A DNA stretch of 63,851 nucleotides, the filler included, from Cercozoa sp. M6MM (Eukaryota > Protista > Endomyxa: Ascetosporea), in the NCBI GenBank assembly GCA_040357565.1. It is 10 parts of 10 records of this genome, joined end to end, with 100 filler letters (N's around TTAATTAATTAA, not from the genome) between each part and the next. Parts side by side here need not be neighbours in the genome. Positions count along the whole stretch, not along the records: positions 50,144 to 58,650 come from JBDODJ010000531.1; positions 58,751 to 59,926 come from JBDODJ010002133.1; positions 60,027 to 61,223 come from JBDODJ010002121.1; positions 61,324 to 62,501 come from JBDODJ010002132.1; positions 62,602 to 63,851 come from JBDODJ010002096.1; 5 more parts are not named here. One strand, 5' to 3'. A program made the translations under genes and the position numbers. Positions within the stretch are counted from its first letter, which is position 1. Every line of letters begins with the position of its first letter. Of the stretch, positions 57,624-63,851 are shown one piece after another. Under the pieces are notes generated by a model, which made no database searches, was not told where the DNA came from, and saw only the letters and a list, made by a program, of their open reading frames with translations.

Positions 57624-58436
57624 TCAGTGTGCCTGTTCCCGTCTAACGTAAACGCGATGTGTCTCACTTTCGCTTATTGCACGCACGTCAGATACTGCTG
57701 GAGTTGAGGTAGCGGATTCTGTCTTCTGCCGTGATCTAGCGCGGCTGGATCCGCGTAGGGAGGATGTTGCAAGCAAGTTCGACAGTATTGTGAAAGTGCT
57801 TCCGCAGTGCACACTAAATCCGATCAAAATCATGTGCGGTTATGTACAGTATGCGTTCAACACAACGTAATCAAGCATATTTGAGTTGATACGCTACTGT
57901 ACCTCATGACACGAGGAGTAGAATACTGTCATTATCGGCCCCGAGGGAGAAACAACAAAATCATCAACTAAGCCTCTATTGATTCTTAGAGAAGAAAACG
58001 AAGTGATACGATCAACAAAATAAACACGACAATCAGGAAGTTTTCGCTGCGAGTCACTCAAATTGTCCCAGCTCCAAGTTGTATAAAACAACAAAATTGT
58101 GAGAAAGACTGAGTTGTACACTGCTGTTGCGCGAGCAGCAACGTTCAAGTGCCCGTGGAATACGCCTTTGATGATTTCTGCCCAAGCATATCAGGCCTTC
58201 GAACCAACTCGTAACCTCGAACTGTCGTCGTCTTTTTTTTTGTGCTCGTAGTGTGCATAGCCTACCAACAATGACGACAGTTATGAGCGACAGCCAGACG
58301 ATGACTTCGACCTGTGGGGCCAATGTTAGTTCTAGCTTATAACCGTTCTAGTTCGAAGACAAAGCACCTGAGTGGCCTCTCTGAATTCAGCTGGTGCATC
58401 CCGAAGTGTGACGCACAGTTTTATGATCCACAGAAG
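57624..58436 (-). CDS. 3' part (TM5-7 and tail) of a tandem paralogue of the class C-like receptor
   Basis: LWIIKLCVTLRDAPAEFREATQ versus LWIIKLCVTLRDAPPEFREATQ, and SVHCGSTFTILSNLL versus SVHCGSTYAVLSNLL, in the neighbouring gene. Confidence 0.8.
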
Positions 58437-58458
58437 CTGTCAGGGCACAAAAAGAGGA

Positions 58459-58650
<192 letters not shown>

Positions 58651-58778
58651 NNNNNNNNNNNNNNNNNNNNNNNNNNNNNNNNNNNNNNNNNNNNTTAATT
58701 AATTAANNNNNNNNNNNNNNNNNNNNNNNNNNNNNNNNNNNNNNNNNNNNGGGGGGGGGGGGTGGGGGCAACTGCATA

Positions 58779-59760
58779 CCAGTGTTCATCTGCGTGGGTT
58801 CGTCCACTCTCTAAGACAGTGAGGGAGGGTAGGGAAAGGGGGCATGAGGGTAAAGCACCAACTACCGTGGTCGCGACGTACTCGAGGAACTTTGGCAGCG
58901 ACAGCGGGTACTCGACGCCATCGTTCGCGTCCTCCTTTCGCGTTCGCTCCTGACAACAAGCAGGGAGAGTAAAGGGATGAAATCCTAAGGGTGCGGGCAA
59001 GCAAAGTTTGTGAGAGTAGGTGTACCTCCTGCAAGGCGCGGTACGACGACCATTGCTGCAGCACACGCGCTGCCTCCACCGGCAGTGCCTGTGCCACAGA
59101 GCAAGGAATCCAGTCAGGAGGTCAAGTCAGAGATCAAAGGGGCAAGGGGCAAGGGTGACAGTACTGCCAATCGGTGGTGCCGCAGCTCATCGCGCCGATC
59201 ATCGCTGCTCGACAACTGTTGTCGTCCGTCACACTGCTCACCAGGCCAGATGGACAGACAAACGGACCAGATGGACAGGCCAGATGGACAGGCGGACAGA
59301 CTGGTAGACTCTACCTTGGGCAATCGCGAGAAGTCGACGCCATTGTGCGCAAAGAACGGGTGCGCCTTCACCTGTACGCACACATGTATACACACACGCA
59401 TGTGTATAGGCAGGCGTGCTCCTCCCCAGTGTACCTCATCGGCACCGCCGGCGCCTAGTCGTCGATCGGCGTCCTGCTGCAGCAGCGCCTGCACCAGCGA
59501 CCTGGCCTGCGCCGACGCCGGCCATCGCTGTGGCCACTTGATGCGCGTGAAATACACGTTGCACATCAGGTCGCCGCCCTGCCCAACAACAGATTCCGGT
59601 CAAACAGCGAGCCAGGTAAGTCGATTGGCAGGTTGGTTGGTTGGTTCACTAGTGAGGGAGGAACTACCTCGAACGGCAGGTAGCCGCACACCGAGTAGAA
59701 CAGCAGCACACCGAGTGCCCACCAATCGACGCAGTGATTGTGGCCCGATCGCGACAGAAT
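58779..59760 (-). CDS. AGC-family Ser/Thr kinase, C-lobe fragment with C-terminal extension
   Basis: GHNHCVDWWALGVLLFYSVCGYLPFE, ARSLVQALLQQDADRRLGAGGADE|VKAHPFF. Partial at both contig ends. Confidence 0.88.
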
Positions 59761-59775
59761 CTGTACAGTTTGTAC

Positions 59776-59926
<151 letters not shown>

Positions 59927-61350
59927 NNNNNNNNNNNNNNNNNNNNNNNNNNNNNNNNNNNNNNNNNNNNTTAATTAATTAANNNNNNNNNNNNNNNNNN
60001 NNNNNNNNNNNNNNNNNNNNNNNNNNCGTCTCGTGTTCCCGGCTGCTTCTTTAGATATTGAATACTGTTGCTCCCTCCACGTTGTCTGAACGGACTCAAC
60101 GTTTCCTCCGCTGGCGAGGTGGATCTTCATTTCCGCCTCCTTCAGCTATATCGCTGAGCGGACGGGAGACAATTATTGGTCACATCAATCGCTATCGTTT
60201 TGAATTAAATTCTCAAGACTCTCGAATCGACCATGATGTCTCCAGTCGACCGTGCATTTGACGAAGTCCACTCGGGAGTTTGCGTTGCTACCGTGTCACT
60301 GGTGCACCCCACACAACCGCCTCCCCTCTCCCCTTCTGGGAAGAAGAAAGTACGGCAGGGTGCACGCAGCAGGCAGAGGGGAGCTCACGCGCACACCCTC
60401 AGAACTGTCTGGACGTAGCTTCAGCTCCTGTATGAAACGTGAGGTCAAGAAATCATGACACTGTCTTTGGCGGACACGGCATACAACTGAAAGTCCTCCG
60501 TGCCAAATTGGAGGAGACCGTCAACTAAATACGGCAAGAAGAGGTACACGCGTGTGTGTGTGTGCGTGCGTGTGTGTGTGTGTGCGTGGTGTGTGTGTGT
60601 GTGTATTTGTGTATGTGTGCGTGCAGAGAAATGCACGCGGCCGACAAATGGAAGTCTAAGCTTCATTACCGGAAACGAGAGGGGAGAGCGCCTCTTGATG
60701 AGCAACTAAGCGGTAGAGAACGCAGTGCAAAGCATCCGTACACTTTGCCGCAAGAACAAATACCTCTTGATGCTAGTTGCTTGCCGTCGTGGTAGTTTTT
60801 GCACGAGTGTGCATGTGAGCTGTTTGTGTGTTCGTGTGTGCGTGAGTGTGTGTGTGCGTGAGTGTGTGTGCACGCGTGCGCGTGTGCATTAGAGTGCCTT
60901 TGTGCATGTGTTCAAGATCGTGAGACACGTCTCAAGTAGGCCTAACCACGAAACACTCGTCGCAGAAAGCGTTGATGCTTAACACGAGCACTGTACCTCG
61001 TCCAAGAGCGAGTCCGAGTACAAGAAAGCACACACACACACCCACAACAACACCAAAGGAAGAGAGAAAAGCGTTCTTTGGCACAACACACGCCATCCAC
61101 AACCCGGCATCAGACACACGGGCACGGCGTGTGTCGCAAGCCAGAGGGAACTCTTTATGCCTGCGCACACCAAAAGAACTCAAAAACTGCAAGCACGTAA
61201 TTTACAGCCACGAAAAGATGGGCNNNNNNNNNNNNNNNNNNNNNNNNNNNNNNNNNNNNNNNNNNNNTTAATTAATTAANNNNNNNNNNNNNNNNNNNNN
61301 NNNNNNNNNNNNNNNNNNNNNNNCCCCCCCCCCCCCCCTGTGCTGCCTGC

Positions 61351-62469
61351 AGAGTGGCGTCGCTGGAGTTGGCGCGCGAGGCGCGGCAGTGGGCGCGTCG
61401 GCGGGCGGAGCGACGCGGCGCGTGGGCGTTTTTCGCGCGCGGAAACTCGCGCTGGAAGAAGCGTTTCGTCACTCTGTCCGAGGCAGGCATGCAGTGTCAG
61501 ATGGACGGGTCGGATGGACAGGGACATGGACACACAGATGGACAGGGACAGGGACAGGGACAGGGACAAGGACACACAGAAGGACACACAGAAGGACACA
61601 CAGAGGGACAGGGACATGACGCGGACTGGCAACTCTCGGTGTTTAAGGACGCGTCGTTGCGTTCGCTTAAGGACGCGGTGCCACTGCGACCGGGTCAGTG
61701 GCGCGTGGCGACAGCGTCCGCGCGGACGTGCGTGTCACTGGCGGCACGTGCGGCCTCGGAGGCGCCGGTGTCGACGGGTCGGCCAAGTGCACTGCGGCAG
61801 TTCGCTCTGCCCGTGCCAGGCGACGGTGTTCCTGTCACCACCGACGGTGATCAGTCTAGTGATCGGTCTAGCGATCAGTCTGATCGGTCTAGTGGTCACT
61901 CTGGCGATCACACAGGCGATCACACAGACCGTCACTATCGCATGCTGCGGCACTTCAACTGGCACACACCTGGTACATACACACACACTGTTCTGTTGTT
62001 GTTTACCCCTCCCCCCCAGGAGTGCGACCGGTGCAGCCGTGTGATGTGGACGCGCGTGTCTGGCGCGAAAGACGGCGCAGCGGCAGGAGGGGGGCATACA
62101 TCGCCACACACGACGAGTCGCCGCTCGAGACGCAGCAGGTGTGTCTTTACCCCCCCTTTACCCCCCCCCCCTACCATTGTACCCCAGATCCAGGTCTCAG
62201 CGGCGGAGCGCGAGGGTAGTGCTGGTCACTGGAGCGGCGACTTTGCGCTGCGACTCATCCCGGCGGACACAAACAAGGAGGAAAACAACAAGGCCGAAAA
62301 CAACAAGGCCGAAAACAACAAGGCCGAAAACAACAACAAGAGCGACGTGGTGCGACTGCGTTTCCGTAGTGCGGCCGAGCAGTCTCGGTGGCTCGAGCTG
62401 CTGCGCGCGCGTCTGACGCCGCCGCAGCTTCGTTCGGCGCTTCGTGGCGTCGCTGCGGAGCATCGCGAG
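61351..62469 (+). CDS. PH-domain protein fragment with low-complexity insertions
   Basis: PH N-terminal strands GNSRWKKRFVTL and C-terminal helix RLRFRSAAEQSRWLELLR, separated by (GQ)n, GHTE, DRSS and NNKAE repeats. Confidence 0.7.
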
Positions 62470-63719
62470 GTGCGTTGCGTTTTTACCCCCCTACCCCCCC
62501 CNNNNNNNNNNNNNNNNNNNNNNNNNNNNNNNNNNNNNNNNNNNNTTAATTAATTAANNNNNNNNNNNNNNNNNNNNNNNNNNNNNNNNNNNNNNNNNNN
62601 NAGGTTTGAGATTTTTTCACAGTGGAATGGTGCGGAAATGTACCGCTTTGGGGTTGTGGACTTGCGTTGGGATTGGCACGCACTCCGAGCGAAGTGTGCG
62701 ACGTGCAAGCAGAAGCGCGGCGCAGCCGGCGTGGTTGAAAACCGACTGCCGACCAGTGCGAGTCGATTTGACGGATTTGTGCGTCCTTTCACTCCTATGG
62801 AGCTTTTGTTGACCTGCTGCAAGGCTCTTGAACAGGACGAGACTTGTCGAATGGCGGTGTGCTACTGTTTGCGCTTTTCTGTGCTTTAATTTTTGTAAAT
62901 TGTGCATCATCTCTGTGTCCCTTGTTTAGACACTAGGCCACTTGCTGTGCACCTGGTGGAAACTCAGCGCAGCTGAACTGGTATAAACTCCCTACGGTTG
63001 GCTCAGGGTCGAGTTTATTGGGGTTTTTTAAGATGGGTACGTTATCCGGCGCTACGTCGCGCCAGAAACGTGCCCTCACCGATGACACCGCCGACCTGCT
63101 CGCAGCACCAGACGACCTCAAGTTCGCAGTGCGTGCACTTTCGCGTCTCAAGTTGGCTTCTACGCTCTGGTCACATTCTTTAACGCGTGGAGTCTGTGCG
63201 CATGACGGATGACACCGTGGCAGCACGACTGCTTGCCTGTCACAGACACATTTTCTGCTGGCAGCCGCGAGCAGGTGCAGGGTTTCTACTCCTCAAGCCT
63301 TGCTTTCTTCGTACGTTGTGATTGCGTTCATGGGATCGATTTCTGTATCGTATCACATATATACTGTATGCTTATTTTATAGAACAAAGCAGAATCACTC
63401 CTTTGTGAAGCTGGCCCTGCTCGCAAGCAGCGATGCGTTGGCGCGAACTCACGGCGATGCAGTGGCGCGGACAACGAGGGTACTTAGTACTATTTTACTC
63501 ACTCATTCTATCTACGCGGTTTTCTGTAGAGTCTTGTTTCGCAAACCGAACGAGGGGACGCGACGCGACGACGCGAGACGAGCCTGGACACAAGCAACGC
63601 AAGCGCGAAGAAGACGCGAGGAGACGACCAAACGAGACGGAGGGAAGCGAGCAGACACATGACAAAAACGAGATTCGCGCCAAGTCATCGAACTCCCAGT
63701 CAGTCCGGTCGTGTCGGTT

Positions 63720-63796
63720 CATTCTCGGAACTACGTTTATTAATTCTCGGAACTAATGGCATTAATTCTCGGAACCAATCATAATTCTGGGAACTA
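63720..63796. repeat. Four spaced copies of ATTCT(C/G)GGAAC
   Basis: TTCTCGGAA at 63722, 63744 and 63766; TTCTGGGAA at 63785. Confidence 0.8.
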
Positions 63797-63851
63797 AGAC
63801 GGAGTTTGTTACTGCGGCTCAATGGCCCAATCAGTAAGGGAAAGGAGAGAC

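Noticed and set aside
61930-62050. C1 domain splitting the PH domain (ROCK-like; H...CDRC)
   Set aside because: CDRC is in the unspliced frame. The phase-1 intron gives GVRPVQPCDVD, and the remaining C1 ligands are absent.
63720-63796. CRISPR array
   Set aside because: The repeats (about 13 bp) and spacers (6-9 bp) are too short, there are no cas genes, and the context is eukaryotic.

Overview
This is eukaryotic (protist-like) nuclear DNA, not prokaryotic. It is gene-dense, with very many short (about 45-120 nt) GT-AG introns, the standard genetic code and abundant intronic microsatellites. The window is an artificial concatenation of 10 contigs joined by 100-bp spacers (N44-TTAATTAATTAA-N44), so adjacency across spacers is meaningless. 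I spliced the genes by hand. Recognisable genes are ARP2, a cytosolic TyrRS with a C-terminal EMAP-II/OB domain, an ankyrin-repeat DHHC (DHFC) palmitoyltransferase, NOB1, a GATA factor, an Asp-nucleophile alpha/beta hydrolase, URI1/Bud27, a 5-finger C2H2 protein, BUD32/TP53RK, GNL1, an AGC kinase fragment and a PH-domain fragment, plus several orphans. The most interesting items are: (i) tandem class-C-like 7TM receptors, the complete copy having a ProX/OpuAC-like solute-binding ectodomain in place of a Venus flytrap; (ii) an animal/fungal-type TyrRS carrying EMAP-II and an unusual insertion; (iii) a proline-rich gene built from symmetric micro-exons that appears on both strands; (iv) a strand-specific TTTACCCCC intron class; (v) a 67-aa microprotein, a LEM/HeH-like membrane protein and a luminal EF-hand membrane protein. 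All family calls come from recalled motifs, not database searches, and the organism is not identified.
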